Positions 28,727 through 37,994 of a stretch of 64,000 bases of DNA are shown here, one piece after another. The notes beneath the pieces are model-generated. The model did no database searches and was not told the origin of the DNA. It saw only the letters and a program-made list of their open reading frames with translations. The DNA lies in contig CAWGZR010000005.1 in the NCBI GenBank assembly GCA_963827165.1, positions 768,001 to 832,000 on the forward strand. Direction: 5' to 3'. Made by a program: the position numbers and the translations under genes. This DNA is from Candidatus Bathyarchaeota archaeon (GTDB lineage Archaea; Thermoproteota; Bathyarchaeia; Bathyarchaeales; Bathycorpusculaceae). Each line of letters starts with the position of its first letter. Within the stretch, counting starts at the first letter, position 1.

Positions 28727-29416
28727 ATGAGTGAAAAGTTCACCGTTGCACGCCTAACAAAAGAAAACGAGCATTTTGAGATATTAGTTAAGCCCCAAAA
28801 AGCACTCGACTACCGCAACGGAAAAACCTCATCAATAACCGAAGCCTTAGCCGCTGAAATGATTTTTTCTGACGCAAACAAAGGAACCAAAGTTTCAGAG
28901 GAATCAATGCACAAAGCCTTTGGAACAGTTGACGCACTGAAAATCGCAGATATTATACTCAAAAAGGGGACCCTTCAGCTTACAACTGAGCAGCGACGCA
29001 AAATGGTTGAGGATAAAAAAAGGCAAATAATTGATTTCATCGCGCGACAAGCAGTTGACCCAAAAACAAACCTTCCGCATCCGCCGATGCGTATCGAGAA
29101 TGCGATGGAGCAAATACGTTACCCGATTGACCCATACAAACCAATCGAGGAACAATCAAAAGATATCGTTAAACTGCTACGTCCGATTTTGCCCCTCAAA
29201 ATCGAGCAGGTCATCGTCGCAGTAAAGGTGCCCGCACAGTATTCAGCGAGAGCTTACGGGTCAATAAAAACCTTAGGAACCATAAAAAGAGAAGAATGGC
29301 GTGGAGACGGCTCATGGTACGGCGAATTAGAGTTGCCCGCTGGATGCTACGCCTCGTTGCTGAACAAACTCGGCGACGTAACCAAAGGAAATGGAGAAGC
29401 AAAAATAATCTCATAA
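28727..29416 (+). CDS. sdo1: Ribosome maturation factor SBDS/Sdo1
   Basis: HFEILV, IFSDA.KG, QLTTEQRR, DPKTNLPHPP.RIE. Confidence 0.95.
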   Translation: MSEKFTVARLTKENEHFEILVKPQKALDYRNGKTSSITEALAAEMIFSDANKGTKVSEESMHKAFGTVDALKIADIILKKGTLQLTTEQRRKMVEDKKRQIIDFIARQAVDPKTNLPHPPMRIENAMEQIRYPIDPYKPIEEQSKDIVKLLRPILPLKIEQVIVAVKVPAQYSARAYGSIKTLGTIKREEWRGDGSWYGELELPAGCYASLLNKLGDVTKGNGEAKIIS

Positions 29417-29444
29417 AAAAATAAAGATGGATGGTGAAGATTTT

Positions 29445-30167
29445 ATGCCAATATTCTTTGAAAAAAAACAGCTTGTGACGCCAGGAGACTTACTTGCTGA
29501 GGGCGAATATCTGCCTGGCGAAAACACATACGTGGAGCAAAACAAGATTTACGCCTCAAGAATCGGACTTGTAGATACCGATAACAAGAAAGTAAACGTG
29601 GTTGCGCTGAGGGCGTTTTATGTACCCAAAATGGGCGACATCGTGATAGGGACAGTCATAGAAGTTGGATTTAACGGCTGGACAATCGGCATACAAGCAC
29701 CCTACACAGCACTCCTGCGCGCTTCAGACGTCTTAAGCAGGCCCTTTAAGCCTCAAAACGACGAGTTATCAGCAGTCCTTAACGCAGGCGACTTGATAGT
29801 TGCGAAAATCGCTTCATACGACCGCGCCCATGACCCACAACTAACCGTAGGAGAGCCCGGCTTGGGAAAGATAACACGAGGACAAATCCTACACGTGACG
29901 CCCACAAAGATTCCCCGAGTAATAGGAAGAAAAGGCTCAATGATCTCCATGATAAAGCAGGAAACAGGCTGTCAAATCATTCTGGGATTAAACGGTGTCA
30001 TATTGGTCACTGGCAAAACAATTGAGGATGAGGACTTAGCAATTGAGGTCATCAAAAAAATTGAGCAAGAATCCCACACAAGCGGCCTCACAGACCGCAT
30101 AACACAGTTGCTTAAAGAACGTAAAGGTAAAGTTGAAGAAAAAGTGGAGGAAAACAAGATTGAATGA
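29445..30167 (+). CDS. rrp4: Exosome RNA-binding subunit Rrp4
   Basis: VTPGDLL, S1 domain, KH motif [18 protein letters not shown]. Confidence 0.95.
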   Translation: MPIFFEKKQLVTPGDLLAEGEYLPGENTYVEQNKIYASRIGLVDTDNKKVNVVALRAFYVPKMGDIVIGTVIEVGFNGWTIGIQAPYTALLRASDVLSRPFKPQNDELSAVLNAGDLIVAKIASYDRAHDPQLTVGEPGLGKITRGQILHVTPTKIPRVIGRKGSMISMIKQETGCQIILGLNGVILVTGKTIEDEDLAIEVIKKIEQESHTSGLTDRITQLLKERKGKVEEKVEENKIE

Positions 30168-30897
30168 AAAACCCGAAAAACTGATTGATAAAAAAGGCAT
30201 CAGATCGGATGGTAGAAAAGCCGATGAGCTTCGACCATTAAAGCTTCAAGTCGGAGTTTTATCAAACGCTGACGGATCAGCCTACATTGAACACGGCAAA
30301 AACAAGATTTTAGCCGCTGCATTTGGACCAAGAGAAATGCATCCTAAACATTTGGCTCAGCCAGACCGCATGGTTCTACGGTGTCGCTATCACATGGCTC
30401 CCTTTTCCGTGCAGGAACGCAAATCACCCGCACCTTCAAGAAGAGAAGTTGAACTCTCAAAAGTCATAAGAGAATGTTTAGAGCCAGCCCTGTTTCTGGA
30501 ACTTTATCCGCGGACAGGTGTAGACGTTTTCGTTGAAGTCTTGCAGGCCGACGGAGGAACCCGTTGCGCAAGCATCACCGCCGCTGCTTTAGCCATCGCC
30601 GACGCAGGTGTTCCAATGCGCGACTTAGTAGTAGGTTGTGCTGCTGGAAAAGTTGAAGACACAGTCGTCTTGGACCTTTATGACGCAGAAGACAAACTTG
30701 GCGCCGCAGATGTTCCAGTAGCTTACATGCCAGCACTTAACGCGGTTACGCTGCTTCAGATGGACGGCATCCTCGCTCCAGACGAGTTTGAAAAAGCCAT
30801 AAGCATGGCAATCGACGGCTGCAAGAAAATCTATGAAATGCAGAAGGAAGCGTTAAAAACCAAGTACATGGTTGTTAAGGAGACTGGTGAAGAGTAA
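30160..30897 (+). CDS. rrp41: Exosome exonuclease Rrp41
   Basis: R.DGR..DELR, ADGSA, MAPFS..ERK, ADGGTR; GGAGG before TTG 30160. Confidence 0.96.
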   Translation: MNEKPEKLIDKKGIRSDGRKADELRPLKLQVGVLSNADGSAYIEHGKNKILAAAFGPREMHPKHLAQPDRMVLRCRYHMAPFSVQERKSPAPSRREVELSKVIRECLEPALFLELYPRTGVDVFVEVLQADGGTRCASITAAALAIADAGVPMRDLVVGCAAGKVEDTVVLDLYDAEDKLGAADVPVAYMPALNAVTLLQMDGILAPDEFEKAISMAIDGCKKIYEMQKEALKTKYMVVKETGEE

Positions 30898-31688
30898 TGT
30901 CATCACTTATAACTAAAGTTAGACTGAAGCAAATAGAAGGGCTTCTAGAAAAAGGAAAACGCCTAGACGACCGAGGCTTGCATGACTATAGAGAAATTAA
31001 AATCGAGCAAGGCTTAATCGAGCGTGCCGAAGGGTCGGCAAGATGTTTCCTCGGCAAATCTGAAGTTCTTGCAGGCGTAAAGGTTGAAACGGGCGAGCCG
31101 TTCCCAGATACACCTAATGAAGGTGTAATGACGGTTAACGCTGAACTTGTTCCGATAGCTTCACCGAACTTTGAGCCGGGACCTCCTGACGAAAACTCAA
31201 TCGAACTCGCAAGAGTCGTTGACAGAGGCATCAGAGAATCTCACGCAATTGACACTGAAAAACTCTGCATTGAGCCAGGCAAGAAAGTTTTCGTTGTCTT
31301 CGTTGACGTTTACGTGCTGAACCATGACGGGAACCTGATTGATTGCGCTGCTCTAGCTGCTGTTGCTGCCCTATTGAATACAAAAATGCCGAACTATGAG
31401 ATTAAAGACGGCGAATTAAAGATGAAACAGGGATATACACCGCTACCTATGAAAAGCCACCCGATAACCGTAACCATGGGCAAAATAAACAATGTATTGA
31501 TCGTTGACCCTTGGCTTGAAGAAGAAAAGGTTATGGATGCCAGAATAACAATCGCAACTAACAGCGAAGGCAAAATCTGCGCTTGCCAGAAGGGTGGCTC
31601 AGGCTACTTTACACCACAACAGATTTTAGAAGCAACGAAGATTGCTCAAGAGAAAGCGGTCGAGTTACGCAAAAAGCTTGATTGGTGA
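30897..31688 (+). CDS. rrp42: Exosome subunit Rrp42
   Basis: PFPDTPNEG, FEPGPPDEN..ELARVVDRGIRES, DGNL.D. Confidence 0.96.
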   Translation: MSSLITKVRLKQIEGLLEKGKRLDDRGLHDYREIKIEQGLIERAEGSARCFLGKSEVLAGVKVETGEPFPDTPNEGVMTVNAELVPIASPNFEPGPPDENSIELARVVDRGIRESHAIDTEKLCIEPGKKVFVVFVDVYVLNHDGNLIDCAALAAVAALLNTKMPNYEIKDGELKMKQGYTPLPMKSHPITVTMGKINNVLIVDPWLEEEKVMDARITIATNSEGKICACQKGGSGYFTPQQILEATKIAQEKAVELRKKLDW

Positions 31689-32032
31689 AAAAAGTGCCAA
31701 AAACGAAGAAGGTCGGTTCACAAAGAGGTTTAGGACCACGGTATGGTGCCACAGTTAGAAAACGCTATGTAAAAGTCATCACCGAACTCAGAAAACCCCA
31801 CAAATGCCCAAGTTGTGGCTTCGTGCGGGTACACCGCGAAAGCGTCGGCATCTGGAAATGCGGCAAATGCAACTATACATACTCAGGCGGAGCATATACC
31901 CCACTAACAAAGCTAGGTGTCGTCGCAAAACGTGCAGCTAAAGGTTTACCCGTCGAGCAAGTGGCCAAAGAAGCGGCGAAAGCCGAGGCTGCTGACGTGG
32001 CAGAACCGGTAACCGAAGAAAAAACCGACTAA
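31682..32032 (+). CDS. rpl37ae: Ribosomal protein eL43 (L37ae) with Ala/Glu-rich C-terminal extension
   Basis: G.RYG..R, CP.C, GIWKC.KC, GGAY.P. Confidence 0.93.
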   Translation: MVKKVPKTKKVGSQRGLGPRYGATVRKRYVKVITELRKPHKCPSCGFVRVHRESVGIWKCGKCNYTYSGGAYTPLTKLGVVAKRAAKGLPVEQVAKEAAKAEAADVAEPVTEEKTD

Positions 32033-32377
32033 ACTCCTTCAATTTTAGTTTTTTGTAAATTATTTTTTTGCTTCAGCTTTCCTGACCAAAATACTGTCAG
32101 GTTTAACAACTTTGTTTGCTAACTCTAACTGCGTTTTCGCAGGCGGTTTGGTTCAAACTTGCTGTTTAAAATGTGTTGTCAACTGGCTACTTATGGGGGT
32201 CAATGCATATCGGATAGACTATAAACTTCGCCGATACAAGCTCGTAATAGAAGAATTCTGTGGTTATCCCAAAACAGTTTATAGTGCCAAATTAAACGAC
32301 TCGCCGAATTCCAGCGGTGATGCTGAAGGGTGCTCCAGAACTATTTGGTCAAACAAAAGAAAATGGGTTGGGTAGCT

Positions 32378-33448
32378 CTATAGGCCGAAGCTGTTGATCA
32401 CGCTCCTAGAGTTCGCGTCGATGACCAGTACGATTTTGTTTCCTTTATGGTCGAATTTTGCGAACCAAACGGGAACGTGAAGCAGCTCAACATCGCCAAC
32501 GTCTGAATCGGTGTGTATAGATTGAATCATGTGGTATTTCTCGTGTGCCTTTTGTGATTGGAGTTGGTCAACTAATGTTTTAGCTTGGGATTTGGCTACG
32601 TCTTCGCTGATGTCACCATTTAAGATTTTAACGTCTTTTGGCAGCTTGGAAATATCAAACAATTGCCTGCCTTCGAGGTTGAATTGATATTCGCGCGGCT
32701 GATAATCCGTCAGTGCTTTTAACGCAATAACTGGGAAGTTATAATTCATGTCTAACTGCTCGGTTTTTCTAGCTCCGCCGCCGTAACCCATTCCCATCCC
32801 CCAGGCCATGATTCTTATCCGTTTGAGTCCAAGGACTCCGGAAAATGGGTTTCCCATTGATTCTCCTGGAAAAGCGCGTCTTCCTCCCATTCCTCCACCT
32901 CGTCTTCCGCCTCCTCCTCCGAAACCTCCCCCCATGCCACCGAATATTACGCCCATTAAAGCGGCGGTTGTGGCCGTTTGTGCCAATTGTTGGGTTTCAT
33001 CTGATGCGACGATGCTGGTTCTGGCTGAGACGCTTACAATCCAGTAAGGCACGAAAGTGAGGCTCATTTCTTCTTGTTTAGCGTCTTCGTGAAGGTGCCT
33101 GTGAAGGAGACCTTTATCCATCATTGGAACAATTATGGAGTTTACTTGATCAACAGTCGCAACTTTCAAAGCGAGCATCGTTTGCTTCTGTATGTTAGTC
33201 CATCCTTGGCTTCCCAAAGTGACTCCAGTGCCACAGTACTCGCATGTGATAACCATCTCTCCAAACTTAGGCGCAATGGGCGCACCGCAACTGGGGCATT
33301 TCAAGGATTGTACCCCTGAAGGCGCAAGGACAGGGCCAGTTGACGTCGAAGATGATGGTTTAGCAGCATTTAATCCCGTGCTTGTTCCACATTTAACGCA
33401 GAAAGCAGCGTCGTCTGGAAGTTGAGCACCACAGTTATGGCAGTACAA
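32378..33448 (-). CDS. Double zinc-ribbon protein with a Gly-rich insert
   Basis: CHNCG..FCVKCG and CPSCG..CEYCG; VPYW and HVPVW motifs. Confidence 0.8.
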   Translation of the reverse strand: MYCHNCGAQLPDDAAFCVKCGTSTGLNAAKPSSSTSTGPVLAPSGVQSLKCPSCGAPIAPKFGEMVITCEYCGTGVTLGSQGWTNIQKQTMLALKVATVDQVNSIIVPMMDKGLLHRHLHEDAKQEEMSLTFVPYWIVSVSARTSIVASDETQQLAQTATTAALMGVIFGGMGGGFGGGGGRRGGGMGGRRAFPGESMGNPFSGVLGLKRIRIMAWGMGMGYGGGARKTEQLDMNYNFPVIALKALTDYQPREYQFNLEGRQLFDISKLPKDVKILNGDISEDVAKSQAKTLVDQLQSQKAHEKYHMIQSIHTDSDVGDVELLHVPVWFAKFDHKGNKIVLVIDANSRSVINSFGL

Positions 33449-33615
33449 TTTTTTTTTCCACCGACTCTCTAAATAAATCTCCTTTCTCTTAAATTTACCT
33501 CAAATTAGTTCCGTTTAGAGCTTCTTATTCCGTATTTTTTGCGAAAGAGCATGTTTGGCTTTCTGAAAGCTATTTTGGGAAAAAACTAAATACCTGACCA
33601 TAATACTCATGTTTC

Positions 33616-34311
33616 ATGGCTATCAAACAGAAGGGTGTAAACAAAAAGGTAATTTTCGCTGTGTTGCTGTTGGCTCTAATTGCAATTGGAGCCACTGCAG
33701 CCGCAGTTTACTCTTATCAAAAGCATCCTGCTTCCTTATCACTTGTAGGAGTTCAAGTTGGTGACAGGTTCACTTACAGCATAACCGGCAGTTGCTCAGA
33801 CACAGTACCAAATACGGATTATCCAGGCTTCTACCAACTCAATGAAACACAATACTACAATGTTACTATAACAAGTATCCAAGGTGATTCGGTTTCGTTT
33901 CAAACGGATTGGGTATTCGTAAACGGAACGGACATCACGGGGCAGCAAACAATCGACCTGTCCAACGGAGTCATGACCGATGAAAGCGGGTTTTCTTTTC
34001 TTTACCCTTCCAACCTTAAAGTAAGTGACCCGATTTACCCTCAAATGAGCACCAAGGTTCAAGTTAATGCAACCAATACCGAAACATATCCTAGCGGCAC
34101 CAGAGAAATCCTATACTACTGGGCAAGCACTACTCAGGCCTACAGACAAGACCCGACACAAAACACACAGCGTTACTTATATGATCAAATTTACTTTGAC
34201 AGGCAAACAGGAATGCTTACTGCTTTTAGCGAAATACAAGAATACAACAATCCACAGATAGAATTAGAAGTTATTTACTCGCTTACAAGCTCAACAGTTT
34301 GGAACGTTTAA
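33616..34311 (+). CDS. Membrane-anchored or secreted hypothetical protein, likely glycoprotein
   Basis: Basic plus hydrophobic N-terminus; T/Y/S-rich; sequons NET, NVT, NGT, NAT. Confidence 0.75.
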   Translation: MAIKQKGVNKKVIFAVLLLALIAIGATAAAVYSYQKHPASLSLVGVQVGDRFTYSITGSCSDTVPNTDYPGFYQLNETQYYNVTITSIQGDSVSFQTDWVFVNGTDITGQQTIDLSNGVMTDESGFSFLYPSNLKVSDPIYPQMSTKVQVNATNTETYPSGTREILYYWASTTQAYRQDPTQNTQRYLYDQIYFDRQTGMLTAFSEIQEYNNPQIELEVIYSLTSSTVWNV

Positions 34312-34712
34312 GCCGCTTTTCAAACTTGTTTTCTCTGATTTACCTTTATAGCAGATAGCTTTCTGCCTACTCGAATCATTTTTTTTCTTCCTTGCCCACG
34401 CAAAAAGGATCTTGTTGTCTCCTTTCCATGTTCGTTGTGATTCCTCATTTTGGAACGAAGAGAGTTTTTAGCTTCTGGGCCGAAATTCTTCAAACTTCGT
34501 TAAACTCAAACCCTACTTTGTGTATACTCGTAAAGCCTACCACCCGGGTCAAATAGAGGATCCAAACAGGCTGAAGTTGCAGGCTACAAGAGGCTTGAGT
34601 AACGGGTCCTATTGGTTAATTTAGATTTGGTTACGAAAAGAAGTGGATTTGCAACGATCAAAAGGGCAGTTAGGCGAAAAAATGAAATAGCTCAGCGCTT
34701 AAACAAGATGCA

Positions 34713-35495
34713 GTGAGGTGGAATGTGTTGTCGTTTAAAGCGAAGATGCAGGAAGCATCCAAAAGCAAGAGTTCACGAATCGTTTTGGCACTAGATTTTC
34801 TCTATGAAGCTCCAGAGAACCGGAGCAAAATTCTGGCAAAAGCACAAAGCATCCTCAAGGTTGTTCACCCTTACATATGCGCAGTTAAGATAAATCACCA
34901 TCTTGTCCTTCCCCTTGGAACCTTTGACGGCGTACAGCAGCTTGTAGAGCAAATCCGCGGACAAGGGTTGCTGGCTATTATGGATGCGAAAGTCAACGAT
35001 ATAGGAGCCACCAATCAGGTCATAGCGCAATATTACTTTTCGGCGGGTTTTGACGCTTTGATCGCGAACCCATTCATCGGTTGGGAAGAAGGCTTAAAAC
35101 CGCTATTTGAGGTTTCCCAGCGCCTTAACCGAGGCATGATACTTCTCTGCTACATGAGCCACAAAGGCGCCTCCGAAGGCTACGGACAAACCATAATCGA
35201 CCCGGAAACAGGCGAGAAAACGCTGCAGTACCTTTCCTTTGCCAAAAAAGCGCTCAAGTACGGTGCTGATGGAGTAGTGGTCGGTGCAACTTACCCACAG
35301 AAGATAACTGAGGTAAAGCATGTTGTCGGCGAAAAAGTTGCGATTTACTCCCCAGGCGTGGGCGCACAAGGCGGCTCTGCGGAAACTGCGCTTAAGGCAG
35401 GCGCCAATTACCTTATCGTGGGAAGAGAAATTACTTTTGCAGTTGACCCGGCTAAAGCCGCAGGGGAGCTTTTGGATTCGATAAAAGGGGTTTAG
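34713..35495 (+). CDS. pyrF: Orotidine 5'-phosphate decarboxylase (start may be about 34725)
   Basis: LALD, D.K..DIG.T, GVVVGAT, SPGVGAQGG, IVGR.I. Confidence 0.93.
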   Translation: MRWNVLSFKAKMQEASKSKSSRIVLALDFLYEAPENRSKILAKAQSILKVVHPYICAVKINHHLVLPLGTFDGVQQLVEQIRGQGLLAIMDAKVNDIGATNQVIAQYYFSAGFDALIANPFIGWEEGLKPLFEVSQRLNRGMILLCYMSHKGASEGYGQTIIDPETGEKTLQYLSFAKKALKYGADGVVVGATYPQKITEVKHVVGEKVAIYSPGVGAQGGSAETALKAGANYLIVGREITFAVDPAKAAGELLDSIKGV

Positions 35496-35500
35496 GCGGT

Positions 35501-35656
35501 TTATCTTCCGCGTTTGTTCTCCCAAAGCTCTTTTTTGAGCAGGTCACGGACCGCTGAACGTATGACGCTGCTTCTGCTCGGGTACATGTTCGCTCGGACA
35601 AGTTCATCTAAGCCTTCCAGATATGCCTCTGGCAACAACACAGTTACAAGTTTCAC
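35501..35656 (-). CDS. 51-aa ribbon-helix-helix protein, CdrS/CopG-like (not in ORF track)
   Basis: Hand translation MKLVTVLLPEAYLEGLDELVRANMYPSRSSVIRSAVRDLLKKELWENKRGR; GGGAGG upstream. Confidence 0.88.
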   Translation of the reverse strand: MKLVTVLLPEAYLEGLDELVRANMYPSRSSVIRSAVRDLLKKELWENKRGR

Positions 35657-36019
35657 TTTGTATTTTTCCTCCCTCAAACTATAATATGCTTATAACATGC
35701 CCCGAATATAAGAGTTAACCAGCAACCCCTACCTCATCGGTAACTCTTTGATTCAATACACCCTTTTCTTTTTGCCAAATACTTTGACAAATCTTCAGCA
35801 GCCCTCTTCAGCTCCTATCCTTATTTTTAGAGACAAGAAAAGCCCTTGCATTCACAGCAATCTATTTCGCAAAACCAAATCAAACCATCCGACTGCCCTT
35901 CGGTTTCAGATTTACTAGTTTTCCATTCATTTTAAGCGGCTTCTTTTTTGTGAGCCTATTAGTTTTAGTTCTTTTTGTGAGAAACTTCTAAGAAAGACAT
36001 TTTCTGTTTTAGGCTGCTG

Positions 36020-36862
36020 CTAAAAATTCCTAAGTTGGTTTAATGTCCCAAGATAGGTTCCATCTAACAAGTAAAGTTCAGAGTTATCGACGTCAACAGC
36101 TTTCGAACGCAGGACAGGTCCAATTAACGCTTCATTGCCGATTTCTTTTCGCGGTCTGGTTTCGTTCACGGGTCTGCCCCCTAAGAAATCGTTAAAGCTG
36201 GGCATAATGAAAATCTCCTTGGCCTTGAGCTTAACGCTATATTGTTTTTGTAGTGTTTCGGCGACGGTGCCCACGATTTTCACTTTGTGCTTTTGCAGAA
36301 GAATCCTCGCTAAAGCTTCAGTGTCACAGCTCGCCCTCATCCATGCCTGCCTTGTAATCTTAAATCCTGCAGGGTCGCGGAAGACGACGACTGGGTGCAA
36401 GTGCCCCATTACCAGAGTTTTGCAGCCGAGCAACGCGGGAGAAGGCCATTTGTGTCCATGGAAAACGCCTACGTCGTTGATGGCGACGCCTGTTGCAGGT
36501 AGAAGTTTGACTTTTTCTGGCAGAAGCGGCTCAATGTTTGCATCGTGGTTTCCGCGGACGACGGATATGTCGCCGATGAAAGCTTGCAGTTTATTGAAGA
36601 AGTCGGGTACGTCATGCCATTCGCCTAGTTCGCTTGAAACCACTGTGTACTTCACGTCGCCAATGATGACCAACCGCTGAGGCTTATACTCGCTAAGGAT
36701 TGCAGTGAGCTTGTTGAGAAGTTTGGGCGTTTGGCTTGGAATGTGGATGCCTTTTTGCTGAAGTTCCATCTCCCATCCGATGTGAGGGTCAGCGATAAGT
36801 AGGGTTTTGGATTTTTTTGTTTTCACCATCGCAGCGGGACTGGGCCAAAGCAAACGCAACAT
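36020..36862 (-). CDS. Calcineurin-like metallophosphoesterase
   Basis: AD.HIG.E, GDVK, GNHD, HGH, GHLHP, PSFN. Confidence 0.9.
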   Translation of the reverse strand: MLRLLWPSPAAMVKTKKSKTLLIADPHIGWEMELQQKGIHIPSQTPKLLNKLTAILSEYKPQRLVIIGDVKYTVVSSELGEWHDVPDFFNKLQAFIGDISVVRGNHDANIEPLLPEKVKLLPATGVAINDVGVFHGHKWPSPALLGCKTLVMGHLHPVVVFRDPAGFKITRQAWMRASCDTEALARILLQKHKVKIVGTVAETLQKQYSVKLKAKEIFIMPSFNDFLGGRPVNETRPRKEIGNEALIGPVLRSKAVDVDNSELYLLDGTYLGTLNQLRNF

Positions 36863-36863
36863 G

Positions 36864-37694
36864 CTATTTAACCAAACTCAAAATTATTTCGTGCATTTGA
36901 AGGTTATTCGAAGCTACAAAGCTCACCGTTTGCTTAGGGTCCAACACAACGTTCACTTCCTGATTAGACAGCGTTGTCACTCTTCCCCCTGCCTCCTTGA
37001 TGATTAGGAACGCGGCGGCGACATCGGTAGTTCGCAGTTTTCCACGAAGGTCAACAAAAGCGTCCGTCGAACCGTCAGCTACGTAGCAGAGCTCCAAAGC
37101 GTTGGCTCCGAAATGGCGGATATGCTTAGTTTTTTCAATAAGTCCGGTCACTTTTGGCGCGATCTGTTTGACTTTGTAAGTGTTCAAGTCTAAACCTATC
37201 AAGGCATCATCTAACGAAATGGTTTTTGACGGTTCGATCTTTTTTCCGTCCCGAAATGCTCCTTCGCCCAAGAAGGCGGTGTAAGTCACGTCATGGAAGA
37301 GGTCAGAAACCATGCCCGCGTAGACATCCGCAAGCCAAGACTTTCCTGAAATTGCGACCGAACAGGCATAGAAAGGCAACCCGTGCATGAAGTTTGTGCT
37401 ACCGTCAACTGGGTCAACCGTGACAAAACACTCCTCGGCAGACGCGCCGAAATTTTTGATTCCTGATTCCTCGCTGATAAGCGTGAAAGAAACGTCGTGC
37501 TGTTTTAGAGTCTCAACGATTGCCTTTTCAGCTGCCAAATCCATCGGTTTCATAGCATCTCCTCCGGCGCCTGAACCCAAGTTAGGCTGCATTTCCTTGA
37601 TCGTTTTGAGGCAGGGTTTGATGCTATTTTGGACATTGTTTTTGCATTCCATAAAGATTTTCTGCCAATTGTTTTGCTTTTGAGTTTTCGTCAT
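36864..37694 (-). CDS. suhB: Inositol monophosphatase / FBPase class IV family
   Basis: SEESG, DPVDGSTNF, R..GA.AL, DVAAA..I..EAGG. Confidence 0.9.
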   Translation of the reverse strand: MTKTQKQNNWQKIFMECKNNVQNSIKPCLKTIKEMQPNLGSGAGGDAMKPMDLAAEKAIVETLKQHDVSFTLISEESGIKNFGASAEECFVTVDPVDGSTNFMHGLPFYACSVAISGKSWLADVYAGMVSDLFHDVTYTAFLGEGAFRDGKKIEPSKTISLDDALIGLDLNTYKVKQIAPKVTGLIEKTKHIRHFGANALELCYVADGSTDAFVDLRGKLRTTDVAAAFLIIKEAGGRVTTLSNQEVNVVLDPKQTVSFVASNNLQMHEIILSLVK

Positions 37695-37800
37695 AGGTCT
37701 TCCTGCTTGTTGTTATTAGCGGGGGGCGTGTTGATAAATGCTGACCCAAAATTTGAGCTCAGAACAATCGAAAGAAATCAGTTAAACAATAGTCTAAATC

Positions 37801-37817
37801 CGAAATGCTTATATTTT
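37801..37817 (+). promoter_or_regulatory. Putative BRE/TATA promoter of the aromatic operon leader
   Basis: CGAAATGC-TTATATTT about 40 nt upstream of ATG 37855. Confidence 0.55.
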
Positions 37818-37854
37818 CTGGATAATGACTCATTCTGCAAGGTTCGAAGCTTCA

Positions 37855-37938
37855 ATGTCTAATCTCGCAAGCAAAAAAGCAAACGCTGTATCATGGTTCC
37901 AGAGCTTCGGCTACTTTTATTATCGTTATTTTCCTTAA
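37855..37938 (+). CDS. Putative aromatic-amino-acid leader peptide MSNLASKKANAVSWFQSFGYFYYRYFP (alternative in-frame ATG 37825)
   Basis: 9 of the last 14 codons are W/F/Y; directly precedes the aromatic biosynthesis operon. Confidence 0.75.
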   Translation: MSNLASKKANAVSWFQSFGYFYYRYFP

Positions 37939-37976
37939 GCCCAGAACTAAAAATTTTTTTTGGCATGGTTCTGGGC
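37939..37976 (+). terminator. Putative attenuator hairpin GCCCAGAAC/GTTCTGGGC enclosing a T8 tract
   Basis: Perfect 9-bp inverted repeat starting immediately after the leader stop; T run 37954-37961. Confidence 0.6.
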
Positions 37977-37994
37977 AAAGCACGGGTGTAACAA

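Noticed and set aside
32112-32375. 87-aa ORF downstream of rpl37ae
   Set aside because: No RBS or motif, follows a T-rich terminator-like tract; probably spurious.
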